A stretch of 64,000 nucleotides of DNA from Thecamonas trahens ATCC 50062 (lineage: Eukaryota > Protista > Apusomonadida): contig NW_013657634.1 in NCBI RefSeq assembly GCF_000142905.1, forward strand, positions 124,001-188,000, in the 5' to 3' direction. Shown here one piece after another: positions 1 to 11,042 of the stretch. The notes beneath the pieces are model-generated. The model did no database searches and was not told the DNA's origin. It was given only the letters and a program-made list of their open reading frames with translations. The translations under genes were made by a program, and so were the position numbers. Positions within the stretch are counted from its first letter, which is position 1. Each line of letters starts with the position of its first letter.

Positions 1-338
1 CGAGCACTGAGGTCGAGCGGCGGCACTCGGAGTACAGCTCGATGCGTATCTCGTACGTCTTTGACTACAACCGCGATTTCGTCATCGACGCCTTCCGCAA
101 GGGCTCTGGAACCAAGCTCATCAACCACTCTGACGAGCCAAACGTCCACCCGATGACCAAGGTTGTCAACGGCGTCGAGCGTGTGGGCCTGTACGCCTCG
201 CGCGACCTGCGGACTGGCGACGAGCTCCTGTTCTGCTACAACTACGACAAGGAGAAGCGTGAATGGTACCTCGACTCGGATTTCCAGCAGATTCTCGAGG
301 CCGAGGGCAACAAAGAGGCGCCACTGGTCGTCGAGTAG
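1..338 (+). CDS. 3' end of SET-domain histone lysine methyltransferase, Enhancer of zeste (E(z)/EZH)-like; 5'-truncated by the window edge
   Basis: The frame is open from position 3 (STEVERRHSEYSSMRISYVFDYNRDFVIDAFRKGSGTKLINHSDEPN...VNGVERVGLYASRDLRTGDELLFCYNY). It parallels the EZH2 SET C-terminus (EADRR..Y...SFLF.LN.DFVVDATRKGNK.RFANHS..PN...VNGDHRIGIFAKR.I..GEELFFDY) and has no Cys-rich post-SET. Confidence 0.8.
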   Translation, partial: STEVERRHSEYSSMRISYVFDYNRDFVIDAFRKGSGTKLINHSDEPNVHPMTKVVNGVERVGLYASRDLRTGDELLFCYNYDKEKREWYLDSDFQQILEAEGNKEAPLVVE

Positions 339-354
339 AGGCAGAATAAGTAAA

Positions 355-410
355 GTCAGCCGTGGCCGATGAGCCGTGGCCTGTCAGCTGTGGCCTGTCA
401 GCCGTGGCTG
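355..410. repeat. Imperfect ~14-bp tandem repeat (GTCAGCCGTGGCCT-like, 4 copies) upstream of COPE
   Basis: gtcagccgtggccga-tgagccgtggcct-gtcagctgtggcct-gtcagccgtggctg read directly. Confidence 0.7.
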
Positions 411-459
411 GTCTTCCCGCGGTGGTTCAAGGAGAGGCACTTGACGCTGACGTTGCGAG

Positions 460-725
460 ATGGCCGACGGAGTGGACCCACTGTTTGAGGTGAAGAACTT
501 CTTCCACCTCGGTTGCTACCAGGCCGCCATCAACGCCGCCTCCACCATTGCCGCCAGCAGCCCCGACCTCAAGGTTGAGATGGACACCTATGTCTTCCGC
601 GCCTATGCTGCCCTTGTACGCCCCACCCCGCCCCTGCCACACCACCCGCCGCCCCGCCACGTCCCTGACCTCCCCTCTTCCCCTCTCCCCCCCCCCCCCT
701 CCCCACCCACCCATACACCTCATAC

Positions 726-761
<36 letters not shown>

Positions 762-1505
762 CCCTGACTACCGATGAGAAGTAACGGCCCGCTTGTGCTG
801 GGCGGAATCAAGGACACGGACGCGACTGCGCTGCTGGCGGTGAGGGAGCTTGTCATCGGCTCGACGGACGAGGTCGGGCGGGCAACGGCGCTGGAGACCT
901 TCCGCAAGTGGCTCGGCGATGGTATTTCTGCGGGGAATGCTATGGTTGTGCTTGGTGCGGCACAGCTGATGGTGGCCGATGGAGCGGTGGATGAGGCACT
1001 GACGCTGCTCTCAGGCTCAACCGAGCTCGAGCCCATGGCCTACATGGTGTATGTGTACCTGCAGATGAATCAGGTCCGGTATGCCGAGGAGAAGGTCAAG
1101 GCCATGGTGGCGATCGAAGAGGACAACACGCTGACTCAGCTCGCTGGGGCTTGGGTCGGCATTGCAAAAGGAAAGAGTGCGCTTCAGGAGGCGTACCACG
1201 TCTTCCAGGACTTTGTCGACAAGTACCAGCCGTCGACCAAGCTGCTCAATGGCGTCGCCGCCTGCTGCATGCACCAGGGTAACTTTGAGGAGGCCGAAGC
1301 CGTCCTTGTCTCGGCTCTTGAGCTCAACGCCAACGATGCCGACACGCTCGCCAACCTCATTGCCCTTGCGCAGCACACCGGCAAGGCTAGCGATGTCATC
1401 GACCGCTACATGGCCCAGCTCGCCGCCCGCGATGCCGCCCACCCGCTCCTTGCTTCCAAGGCCGATCTCGAGACTCGCTTTGCCGCAGCTGCTGCCGCCC
1501 TGTAA
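460..1505 (+). CDS. COPE: Coatomer subunit epsilon, two exons (460-615; about 780-1505)
   Basis: N-terminal DPLFEVKNFFHLGCYQAAIN...YVFRAYAAL, TPR-like EDNTLTQLAGAWV, LQEAYHVFQD and LLNGVAACCMHQGNFEEAE. GTACGC donor at 616, TACTAAC at 723. The exact acceptor is unresolved. Confidence 0.92.
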
Positions 1506-1711
1506 ACAGAAAGGCATCTATACCATGCCGTCCACCCTCGGTGGCTGTCTGGCCTTTGGTGCCATGAGCCCTCTGTGACCGGCCTGGTGGCGGCCAACTT
1601 GTGTCCCAAGTGTGGAGAGGGAGGGGAGTGGAGGGGTAAGGGGTATGGGTTGCAGCTGCAGTGTTGGGTACCACTTGACTTGAGCTTGGGCTAGAGTGTG
1701 TACAGGGAGGG

Positions 1712-3138
1712 ATGCGTGTGTCTGCAGGACTTGTTGTGGTTGCTGTGCTGGTGGCGGTTGCTGTGGGTGTGGTGTGGGGCCATGCTGTTGACAGAGGGGG
1801 CTAACGGGGGGCGGGGAGCATGGGCATGAGCATGAGCATGAGCATGGGCATGGGCATGGGCATGGGAGCAAGCATGGGCATGGCCACGACCACCGCAATC
1901 ACGACCATGGGCACGATCACGACCATGGGCACGATCACGACCATGGACACGACCACGACCATGGCCACGACCACGACCACGACCACGATCACGACCACGA
2001 TCACGACCATGGCCACGACCATGGCCATGGCCACGACCACGACCATGGACACGACCATGGACACGGCCACGATCACGATCACGATCACGACCACGATCAC
2101 GACCATGGCCACGACCATGGCCATGGCCACGACCATGGACACGACCATGGACACGGCCACGACCACGATCACGACCACGATCACGACCATGGCCACGACC
2201 ATCACGACGCACCGCCACCCTCGATGCTGCTCGACCTGTTTCTCTCGCTCTCGCCGGCATCAGCAGCGTTGCTCGCCACCTTTGGTACCTCGATGGCCTC
2301 AGTCTGCTGCCTTGCCTTTGCGCCGTTCTCCGACACCTCATCGGGCTTTGGCCGCATTGTCTCGGACTTTCTGGTCTCGTTCTCGGTCGGCGGCCTGCTC
2401 GGCGACGTCTTTCTGCATCTGCTTCCGGTCGCCTTTGCGGCCGAGGCCGAACTGACCGGCCACTCGCACTCGCATGGCGGCGGCGGCCACGCCCACGGCC
2501 ATGGTCACGCCCACGGCCACTCGGACGAGCCGCACGCCCACGACTCGGTCGTTGGTACCATGACCCTTGTCGGCATCGTGTTCTTCTTTGTCATGGAGAA
2601 GATTGTCCGCGCTCTCTCGGGCGGGCACAGCCATGGACACAGCCACGGGGCGACCAGCGCTGCCCCCGCCGCCGCCGCAGGCGTTGGCGCCGCCGCCTGG
2701 CTCAACCTCATCGCCGATGCGGTCCACAACTTTTCCGACGGCATGGCCGTTGCGGCGTCGTTCCTTGTCTCAACCCAAGTCGGTCTCACCACCTCGATCG
2801 CCGTCTTCTTCCACGAGCTGCCGCAGGAGATCGGCGACTACTTTATCCTTGTTCGCGCCGGCATGTCGCGGACCCAGGCGCTGCTCGCCAACTTTTTCAC
2901 CGCACTCGTCGCCATGGCCGGTACCTGCCTTGTCCTCTGGATCGGCACTTCGCTCCCGCACTCGGAAGTTTACATCCTCCCGCTTGCTGCTGGCGGCTTC
3001 ATCTACATTGCCGCCGCCGACATTGTGCCCGACCTTCACGCCTCGCCGTCGTCGTCGACGCTCCCCATCGTCGTCCTCCAGGTTGCCGGCATCACTCTTG
3101 GTATTTATGTCAATACCCTGCTCGCTGCTTTTGAGTAG
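1712..3138 (+). CDS. ZIP (SLC39, LIV-1 subfamily, ZIP7/KE4-like) zinc transporter with signal peptide and very long His/Asp N-terminal repeat
   Basis: SFSVGGLLGDVFLHLLP, LNLIADAVHNFSDG, FFHELPQEIGDY and AAGGFIYIA motifs. In-frame HDHG repeats run from 1819. The signal peptide MRVSAGLVVVAVLVAVAVGVVWG-HA starts at 1712 and joins via a 32-nt GT-AG intron (1787-1818) or a missing G. Confidence 0.9.
1819..2208 (+). repeat. Coding His-Asp/His-Gly microsatellite (CACGAC/CATGGC units)
   Basis: Visible tandem repeats, in frame with the ZIP ORF. Confidence 0.9.
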
Positions 3139-3169
3139 TCGTCTCTTTCCTGACTCACCAGCAGCGGTA

Positions 3170-5268
3170 TCACCAATACACTTGATGGGTTCCCACCCCG
3201 GCCCGGGGCACAAACATGACAGTCGACTCAACCCGCGGGAGCGAGTTGTCGCCGCCGATGCCGGCACGGGGCGTCGCCGCCCGTCCGCGCACCAGCGTCG
3301 CCGCATCCAGCTCGTGCTCCAACCGCTGCCGCGTCGCTTTGCGCTTCTGAAGCATCACTGTCTTGGCTATCACCTCTTGCTCCACCCTGTACCGCTCCTG
3401 CTGCGCCGTCTTGACGTCACGCATCAGCTGCACGATGATCTCGCGGAGGAGCCCGGCTTCCTTATCGAGCTCCTCGCGCTCCCGCGCCTCAGCATGTGCC
3501 TCTGCGTCCCCAAGGTGCAGCTCGTGTCCACCCGTCGACTGCGAACGCGCCAACACGCCACGCTCCGACTTCCGACGCATCGGAAGCGCACCAAGCACGT
3601 CGTGAGTGTTGCTGCCGCCGGGTGTGGCCTTGGGTGAGTCTGAGCCCGTCAGATCGGCCAGCGCCAGTCGCTTGGCCTTGGTGGCATTGGAGGCCGGTTT
3701 TCTACTTGCCTTGGGCGACACTGCTGCTGCAGACAAGGCTGCTGCCATGTCTGCCGGCTCGGCCGTCAGGGAGCGGCCCGGTTTGACGCGCTTCGCCGCC
3801 GTCTGCCCCCCTTGTCGAGAAAGTCATTGATCCGCGACTCGTGCGAGGCTTGCGAGGCAAGAAGATGAAGCTTGGACGAAGCCACAGACTTTTCTCGGAG
3901 CTGAACATGGAGCGACGACTTGCGCTTGCGGATGAGGTTGTTGACCGCTTGCAGTGACGGCGAGCGCCTGGCAGACTTGGCCCGCCGTGCCGGCGAGTCT
4001 AATGAGGCCTCAATGACTGCCACAGGCTCCCGCAGTAGGTTGGCGTCTGACGCCGACGGCGTGAGCAAGCTCGGTGAGAGCTTGATGATGCCCGAGTTGA
4101 CTCTGGAGAGCGGCGTACGAGCCGAGTCGAGAATGCTCTTGGACGCCGAACGGTACTTGGATGCGGCACGCTGCTTGGCCTCTGCGCGGATCGCCATTTT
4201 GCGGCGGTTGACCAGTTGCCGCTTGCGGGCGAGCGAGGCACCGCCTATTGACGCCGGAAGCCCCGGCTTGGCTGTCCCACGGAGGCGCCGAGCTGGCGGC
4301 GGCGCGGTCCGCTCGACAGTCACGTTGCCGCCGTAAAGGAACCAGACCTCTCCAGTGTGCGATATCTTAAAGTACAAGCACATCTTGCGGATGATGTAGC
4401 CCTGGGCAGACGAGGCCTCCATGTGGCGGGCAATGCGGATGGCCTCGGCGCGGGTGGCGGCAATGAGCGCCGGTGAGCACGAGAGATGGGACGGATCAAC
4501 CTGCGACATGTAGCTTGGACCCACAAAAGCGGCCAGCCGGTCGGCAACCGGAACCAGCGAGTCGCGGAAGCGAGCAGTGTTGACCCGAACGTCAACCACG
4601 GCGTCGTTCTGTGTGAAAGTGACCCGCGAGACGGCGTTATGGATGCCGTATGGCCGGACAAAAGCCTGCAGGATACCGATGCGCGGCTTGGACTCGGGCC
4701 GGTCGTCGCGGAGGTACGTCCGCAGCTGTGGAACATTAAAGTGCCGGACGGTGACATGGGTAGGATCCGAGTGGGAGGGGATGAGCAGGGTGGCGACCAC
4801 CGGCAAGTCGCCGACTTCGCTTCTGAGCCTCTGCTTGGACGCGGTCGAGGTTGTGACCGAACCTGATCGCAGAGCCATGGATGACGTCGGCGGCGGAGCA
4901 AGACCTGATGGCCCATTCGCAGTGGCGTGGACGGCCAGGAGTGCTTCCAGAGCATGGGCCAGGGTCAGCTTGTCGGCGTTCTTGCGGAGAACTGCGCCGG
5001 ATCGCGAGACAAAGTACCATTCGGCGAGGGCGTGGTTGACAAAGACAAGTGTGTGCGGGATGTTGGCCACAAGGCGGTCAGCCATGGTGTCCTTGCGGTA
5101 CCACAGATGATGATACAGCTCGGGGACCACAGTGGCCGTGGTGTGCCTCTCCAGGTCATGACGGGCAAAGGCCTCCCGTCGGCTGTGTGACGACTTGTAC
5201 GGGTTTCCCCGCTCCTCCTCCCAGCCCCCTCTCCACCCGCTGCCCTCTCCGTCCTTCCTTCCTTCCAT
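3170..5268 (-). CDS. Hypothetical protein (structured N-terminal domain plus C-terminal coiled coil); ORFs 3766-5268 and 3170-3748 probably form one gene frameshifted at a G6 run near 3806-3811
   Basis: Adding one G joins ...NDFLDKGG to QTAAKRVKPGRSLTAEPAD-MAAAL. The N-terminal part (EWYFVSRSGAVLRKN, GILQAFVRPYG.HN) looks like a conserved globular domain. The start codon is uncertain. Confidence 0.6.
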
Positions 5269-5440
5269 GCTGCTGCTGCTGTGTGCGTGGAGGGGGTGAG
5301 TGGTGTGTGTGTGTGTGTGGCTGGCTGGCTGGCTTTGGTGCTGTCATTGGTTGCTGTGACCGGCCAACGGTTTTGGCCGTTCGTCACGGTGGAGGGCAGG
5401 CCGGAAAGGGGGGGTACGACTCATCGCGGCTGTGGTGCGT

Positions 5441-8086
5441 CTACTGGGTGTTAAAGAGGGCGGCACGCTCGTCCGAGGCAAGGAGGTCGAGCTCGGCGGC
5501 ATAGAGCGAGTCGAGCTTGTCGAGCTTGTCGAGCTTGTGCTGGAGCTTGCGGAGCTGGATCTCGACGAGCGAGGCGAGGCGGTCCTGGATCTCGGCGTCA
5601 TGCTGGGCAGCCTTCATGCGGGCGCGCATAGCGACCTCGACGGTACTGGTAAATGCGGCGGCGCGGTTGGTGACGAGGGCCGCCTCGGCGGGAGAGAGGC
5701 CGTGTGAGGTGAGGAGGTCGCGGGCGAGCTCCGGCGCAGGCGTGGCGGCGTCGGCGCCTGCGGCCAGCGCGGTGTAGGCGGCGACGGCGGAGAGCTCCGG
5801 CGAGACGGCGGCGGTGAGGAAGGCAACGACTGACATGGCCGGGTTGGGCGCGCGGACAAACGGCTTTGGCTTCTCGCCTGCCGACGAGAAGAGGAACGGC
5901 TCCTCGATGGGGAGCTTGAGGATGCGAGCAACGACCTCGGCCTTGGACTTGGTGCCGACGGCGCGGGCAATCTCGTCCCAGGTGGCGTCGGGCGTGGCGG
6001 CGACGGCCTTGACAAGCTTGAGCGTCTCCTCGTCGGTCCACTCGGTGTCGAGGGAGATCGACGACGGCTCGGGCCCGCGGGTAAAGGCGTCGGCGTCGAT
6101 GCCCTGCGGCATGCGCTTGTTGCGGAAGCAGCTGTCGCAGAGGACGAGCGGCTTGGAGGTGGCCGGGTGGCGGGCGACCCAGTTGGGCCCGGTCACCTCG
6201 TTGTGGCATCCACCGCAATGGAGGACGAGGTTCGGCAGCGGGCCAACAACGTTGGGCTTGGTCGAGAGCTTGGAGACGACCTTGCTGGCAGCGACCTCGG
6301 GGCGCGAGCGCGAGCCTGCAGCCGATGGCGGAGCCGGGACGGCACCGAGCGTCGTCACAATGGTCTCCTCGAGCGCAGCCTCGCCGGCAGCGTTCATGGG
6401 AAAGACTCCACCCGGGGCGTCGCCGATGAGGGCGGCATGCGGCGTGTGGGTGTGGGAAAAGACAAGCGGCCGAGTCTCGGGATTGACCTGGTAGTTGATG
6501 AGGCCCCAAGACTCGAGGAACGAGTGGACGCGGAGCATGGCGCCGGCGTCGCCGGTGAGCGAGCGGCGGCAGGCAGTGAGCGAGAGGTACCGAGACGGAT
6601 CCTGCCGCCAGGTGTTGACCATAAAGTTGCGGTAGAGCTTGTAGATCTCGGGCGTCTTGGACGGATTCGTTCCGTTGAAAAACTCGGAGAGGGCGCCGAC
6701 TTCGATCGGGTGGCACTCGCCGTCGAGCGAGAACCACGAGGCGTGCGACGGAACGACGACTGTCCGCGCCGCGCCGGCAAACTTGGCCTGGAACGCTGCG
6801 CCGAGGCCGCGCCCAGCCTCGACCGCCTTCATGGTTGTGGCGTCGAGGAAGGCTGGGACAAGGTGTGCCGGGGGCGCGATACCCTCGGAAAACGCAGCCG
6901 TGGAGAGGTCGTTGGCCCCACCGGGCGTCACGCCCTCCATGGGTGCGGGGCCCGTGCCCGAGCTCGAGCCCGTCTCACCCTTGCCTTTGCTCTTTTTGGC
7001 AAGGAGCATCTCGGTCCGCATCAGCGTCTTGGCGTCGCTCCCGACGGCGGCAGGCACCGAGCTCGCGGCCACGGGATCGACCTCGCGGTGGACCGCCCGC
7101 GACTTGGACCGCTTCGACGCCCGCGAGTCTGCCGGCGGCGGCGATGATCCCGACCGCCGCCGCTTGCGGGAGGCGGCCGACGTCTCGTGTGGGGCGACCT
7201 GCGCGGGCTCGGCGGCCCTTGGTGCGACAGAAGCAGCAGGAGCGCCCGCCTTCTCGGTCGCCTCGTCCTCCTGCGGCTCGTAGTCCTCGTCGTTCATCCA
7301 CTCGTTGAACCGCTCGGTGTCGGTGAGCCAGCGGGCGTAGACAACGCGCGGGACCTTCGGCTCCTCAGGCGGGTCCGGCTTGACGTGGAGCGAGGTCTCG
7401 GGCACCCACTGGTCGTACGAGTCGGGATAGTACCACCAGTGGAGCAGGACATTGCCGTCCTTGGCCTCGATGACGCGGAAGAATTCCTCCTCCTCGACGT
7501 CGGGCTTGAACTCGACCGAAGGGATGTTGGGCACAACGCGGTGGGTGGCGGCGGCGGGCGAGTTGACAACCGTCCCGCCATGGCGGGCGACAATGGCAGC
7601 AAGCTTGCGGTTCGACTCGATGTCGAGCTTTGGGTCGAGGAAGCACTTGAAGACCGGGAGCTTGCCCGCGGCGGCGAGGGCCTGGGCAACACGGACAACG
7701 AGCTCGATGTTGTTCTCGACCTTGACCTTTGAGGCAAACTCGAAGCGGCGCCAACCCAGCTGGTTTCTGGCCTCGTACAGGGTGGCAGCAATGACGTTGA
7801 GGCTCCCGCCGACCGACATGTCCTTAAAGGCGACAGCAGGGATCTTGGTGACCTCCGGGACGGCCTTGCCAGTAGCAGTAGCAGCATCGACAGCGGGCTT
7901 TCCAAGGTGTTCATCCTGAAAGACGATGAACTGAGTAAGCACCTGAGCCAGTGACTTGCCCGTCACACCCGTCACACCGGGCATGTTGTTGAGTACATCC
8001 ACAAGCTTCTCAAGTTGGCCCAGTGTGCTGACTTGGGAGAACATGGCCGCGAGGGTCGTCCCCGACTTTTTGGTCTCGCCCGACAT
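5441..8086 (-). CDS. SMARCC: SWI/SNF core subunit SWI3/SMARCC (BAF155/170-like): MarR-BRCT-chromo module, SWIRM, ZZ-like finger, SANT, coiled coil
   Basis: LLHWWYYPDSYDQW and FNEWMNDEDYE (chromo); VVPSHASWFS...EFFNGTNPSKTPEIYKLYRNFMVNTWR...LTGDAGAMLRVHSFLESWGLINYQV (SWIRM); EWTDEETLKL...VGTKS...LPIEEPFL (SANT); NPAMSVVAFL. Confidence 0.95.
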   Translation of the reverse strand: MSGETKKSGTTLAAMFSQVSTLGQLEKLVDVLNNMPGVTGVTGKSLAQVLTQFIVFQDEHLGKPAVDAATATGKAVPEVTKIPAVAFKDMSVGGSLNVIAATLYEARNQLGWRRFEFASKVKVENNIELVVRVAQALAAAGKLPVFKCFLDPKLDIESNRKLAAIVARHGGTVVNSPAAATHRVVPNIPSVEFKPDVEEEEFFRVIEAKDGNVLLHWWYYPDSYDQWVPETSLHVKPDPPEEPKVPRVVYARWLTDTERFNEWMNDEDYEPQEDEATEKAGAPAASVAPRAAEPAQVAPHETSAASRKRRRSGSSPPPADSRASKRSKSRAVHREVDPVAASSVPAAVGSDAKTLMRTEMLLAKKSKGKGETGSSSGTGPAPMEGVTPGGANDLSTAAFSEGIAPPAHLVPAFLDATTMKAVEAGRGLGAAFQAKFAGAARTVVVPSHASWFSLDGECHPIEVGALSEFFNGTNPSKTPEIYKLYRNFMVNTWRQDPSRYLSLTACRRSLTGDAGAMLRVHSFLESWGLINYQVNPETRPLVFSHTHTPHAALIGDAPGGVFPMNAAGEAALEETIVTTLGAVPAPPSAAGSRSRPEVAASKVVSKLSTKPNVVGPLPNLVLHCGGCHNEVTGPNWVARHPATSKPLVLCDSCFRNKRMPQGIDADAFTRGPEPSSISLDTEWTDEETLKLVKAVAATPDATWDEIARAVGTKSKAEVVARILKLPIEEPFLFSSAGEKPKPFVRAPNPAMSVVAFLTAAVSPELSAVAAYTALAAGADAATPAPELARDLLTSHGLSPAEAALVTNRAAAFTSTVEVAMRARMKAAQHDAEIQDRLASLVEIQLRKLQHKLDKLDKLDSLYAAELDLLASDERAALFNTQ

Positions 8087-8419
8087 CCTCCTTAGTTTGG
8101 CACAGCAGTGGTGTCGGTGGGGGGTGAGGGCGGGGGTGTGAAGATAGAGAGAGAGAGAGGGAGTGTGTGTGTGTGTGCGCGTGTGTGTGTAGGTGAGCGG
8201 TGGTGGTGGTGGTGGGAAGTGGGGTGGGCTGGTGGGTAGGTGACTGGTGGTGGGTGTGGTGGGCAGAGAGTCGGCGCCGGTCGGTGGCGGGTCAAATCTA
8301 CGGCGGGGGAGCAAGGCCAGGCAATTGGTCGTTGCTGAGATGCGATGGGGACAGGGAGAGTGAAAGTGAGGGGGGGGGATGCTGTTGCAACAGGAGTTTG
8401 TTTGCGGTTGGAAGAGGGT

Positions 8420-9581
8420 CTAGCAGCAGCCCTTCTTTTTGGACGACGACGAGGAGGAATCATTGACCTTCACGGTGTTGTTGCCCGAAGATGATGGGTC
8501 TGCGGCCTCGTTTTGGAGCTTTGCCAGGACCTGCTCGGTGAGGGCAAAGAAGGCGTCCTCGACGTTAATATCGGCCTTGGCCGAGGTCTCGTAGAACTGC
8601 ATGTCGTACTCGTCGGCGAGAGCTTGCCCACGCGAGGCCTCGACGACCTTCTTCTCCTTGAGGTCACATTTGTTGCCGATGAGAATCTTGCACACGCCTT
8701 CAGCAGCGTGCTCCTTGATGTTGCGGATCCAATGTCTGACGTTGTTGAACGAGTCTGCGTCGGTTGCCGAGTACACAATCATGATACCCATGGCCCCGCG
8801 GTAGTACGACGAGGTGATGGTGCGGAACCGCTCCTGTCCGGCCGTATCCCACACCTGCAGCTTGATCATCGAATCGCCCAGCCGGATCGACCGCAACTTG
8901 AAGTCTATGCCCACCGTCGAGATGAACGACGGCGAGAACGAGTCGTCCGAGAACCTCAGCAGCAATGACGACTTGCCCACGCCTACACCCGTACCCCGCA
9001 CCCCGCGCCCCGCACCCCGCGTCCAGCCACGCCCGTCCACGTCCACACCCACAACCCGCCGCGTCGGCACCCATGTCCCGCCGTCCACACGCACGCATGC
9101 GCAAGTTCTCCCAAAGTGTAAGTGCTTGGTGTCACCTTCATGGACATACCTCTCAGTCCCTCCTGTGTGGCGGTGGCTGGCGGTGGCGGTGGCGGTGGCG
9201 GTGGTGGTGGCGGTGGCGGTGGGCGGTGGCGACGAGGCAAAAAAACGCCACGGGCCATACCGACTTCCTATGACCACACCACCACGGAAGCACCCACCAT
9301 ACACATTGCGGTTGACATTGGCTGTATACTCGGTACGTTGTTGTTGAAGAGGACGGTAGGGGGGGCAGGGGGGGGTCATGGAGATGGCGGCGAATGCCAC
9401 GGCGGCGCAGGCAAACGAACATTGGTCGCACACGCCATGGGCAAAGGGAGGGAGGGGAGGGGAGAGGGAGGGGGGGGGGGGGGGGGGGAGGGGGAGGGAG
9501 GGCAGGGGATGGCGTACCCGAGTCTCCAATGAGCAGGAGCTTGATGAGAAAGTCATGGGTGGCAGACTTGGACGCAGCCAT
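8420..9581 (-). CDS. RAB8: Rab8/Sec4-family small GTPase, two exons (9581-9518; 8982-8420)
   Basis: [10 protein letters not shown]|[42 protein letters not shown] and C-terminal CC. Phase-1 intron GTACGC...GTGTAG at 9517-8983. Confidence 0.93.
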
Positions 9582-9819
9582 GCTCGTCTTCTCCTGCGCC
9601 CAGTCGTGTGTGTGACGGTGTGTGTGGCTCTGGTCATGCCCGAACCATTGGCCCATTTTGACCATTCATTTTGCTCAAGCATATGGCCGCCACCGGCTGC
9701 GAGTCGAATCGGATGTAGGGATGAGCAACGGCAAGTTAAGCGATTCACGTATGTGTAGAGAGTGTGTATATGCGTGTAGGAGTGTGTGTTTGACGGACAT
9801 CGGGAGCTGGGACGCCGGA

Positions 9820-10986
9820 TCAGGGTGTCGACTCGGACGACGCGTCAACGAGCTGGGAAAGCTTGGTGTAGAGGGCGTTGCGGACGCGACGGACGTCTTC
9901 AAACTCGTGCTCGTGCATAAAGCCACAGGCAGTGTCGTTGATCTCAAGAATGAGCTCGCGATCAGGCGCAATGTGCAGGACGTCGAGGGCAAATAGGTCG
10001 AGGCCGCCCCATGTGTAGCGAGCGACAGCGGCGGCCCACGCACGGTGGTGCGGGAGGACGTCCATGTCCTCAAACGAGATGTTGCCGCGGTTGTTCTTCC
10101 ATGACGTTGACGAGTTGCGGCGGAAAACACGGACATGGCCGGCGATCCACTGGATGCGATACTCGTAGGCGTGCTCGATGAACGGCTCGACGGTGTAGTA
10201 CTCGTCCTGGGTCATGAGGATCGAGACAAGATCATCGAGGGCGGCAGCGTCGCGGGCGAGTGCTTTGCCAAACCCGGCATGGGTCGAGCCGACCTTGACT
10301 ACCGCTGGCGGCTCGATTTCAGGCTGCGGCGAGAACTCGAGGCCAAGCGCGAGCTTGGCGTTGGCGCAGTACCGCATGGGGACTAGCGGCAGCGGATCGA
10401 CGTCGCCAGCACCCATACCCGGCTCGCGGCCAATAGCCGCCAGCTGAGCGTACATCATGGCCCGATCCATGCCCATGTAGACAGAGTGCAGCGAGTTGAC
10501 CGCCGGGAGGCGGGCAAAGGCGAGGCCGACAAGTGCATTGACATGGCCACGAGCCGAGAGATCGGTGGGAAAGTTGCGGACGATGACGGCGTGCGGGGTG
10601 ACCCTGCGCGGACTTGTTCTTGCCTGTGGGTTTGGCGACTCGGGCTCGGCCTGAATGAGGACCTCGACGTGTCCAGACTCTGGGCCGATGGCCTCGACGG
10701 CCATGGCCTGCCACGACGCTTGCTCGACCACCAGCCGTGAGCCGTTGGGCAAGAAGAGCGGTGGTGAGAAGACGGCCGACCAGTCTGTGGTGTAGTCAAC
10801 CACAAGCACAACAGTGTCCGGCACACCATCGGTCTCTGGCGGCGTCAGCGCTTCTGGTCTCGGTGGCCCCGGGTCGGTCTCGTGACTCGTTGCCAGGTGC
10901 AGCCGCGGCGACGTCGGGCGCTCGGCGTGCGCCAGTGATTCACGTGCCAACGCGAGGTCTGCTGCCGAGAAAAAGGAGGCAGACAT
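9820..10986 (-). CDS. Synapsin-like ATP-grasp protein (synapsin C domain)
   Basis: [67 protein letters not shown] and ILEIND match synapsin VVKxGHAHSGxGK / EPFID.KYD.R.QKI / R.S..GNWK.N.G / GGLDI.A. Confidence 0.8.
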   Translation of the reverse strand: MSASFFSAADLALARESLAHAERPTSPRLHLATSHETDPGPPRPEALTPPETDGVPDTVVLVVDYTTDWSAVFSPPLFLPNGSRLVVEQASWQAMAVEAIGPESGHVEVLIQAEPESPNPQARTSPRRVTPHAVIVRNFPTDLSARGHVNALVGLAFARLPAVNSLHSVYMGMDRAMMYAQLAAIGREPGMGAGDVDPLPLVPMRYCANAKLALGLEFSPQPEIEPPAVVKVGSTHAGFGKALARDAAALDDLVSILMTQDEYYTVEPFIEHAYEYRIQWIAGHVRVFRRNSSTSWKNNRGNISFEDMDVLPHHRAWAAAVARYTWGGLDLFALDVLHIAPDRELILEINDTACGFMHEHEFEDVRRVRNALYTKLSQLVDASSESTP

Positions 10987-10992
10987 GAATGA

Positions 10993-10994
<2 letters not shown>

Positions 10995-11040
<46 letters not shown>
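10995..11040. repeat. (GT)n/(CA)n microsatellite just upstream of the synapsin-like start
   Basis: About 23 perfect GT units. Confidence 0.95.

Positions 11041-11042
<2 letters not shown>

Noticed and set aside
1691-2455. Thr/Met-, Val- and Arg/Gly-rich ORFs
   Set aside because: Alternative frames of the His/Asp repeat belonging to the ZIP gene
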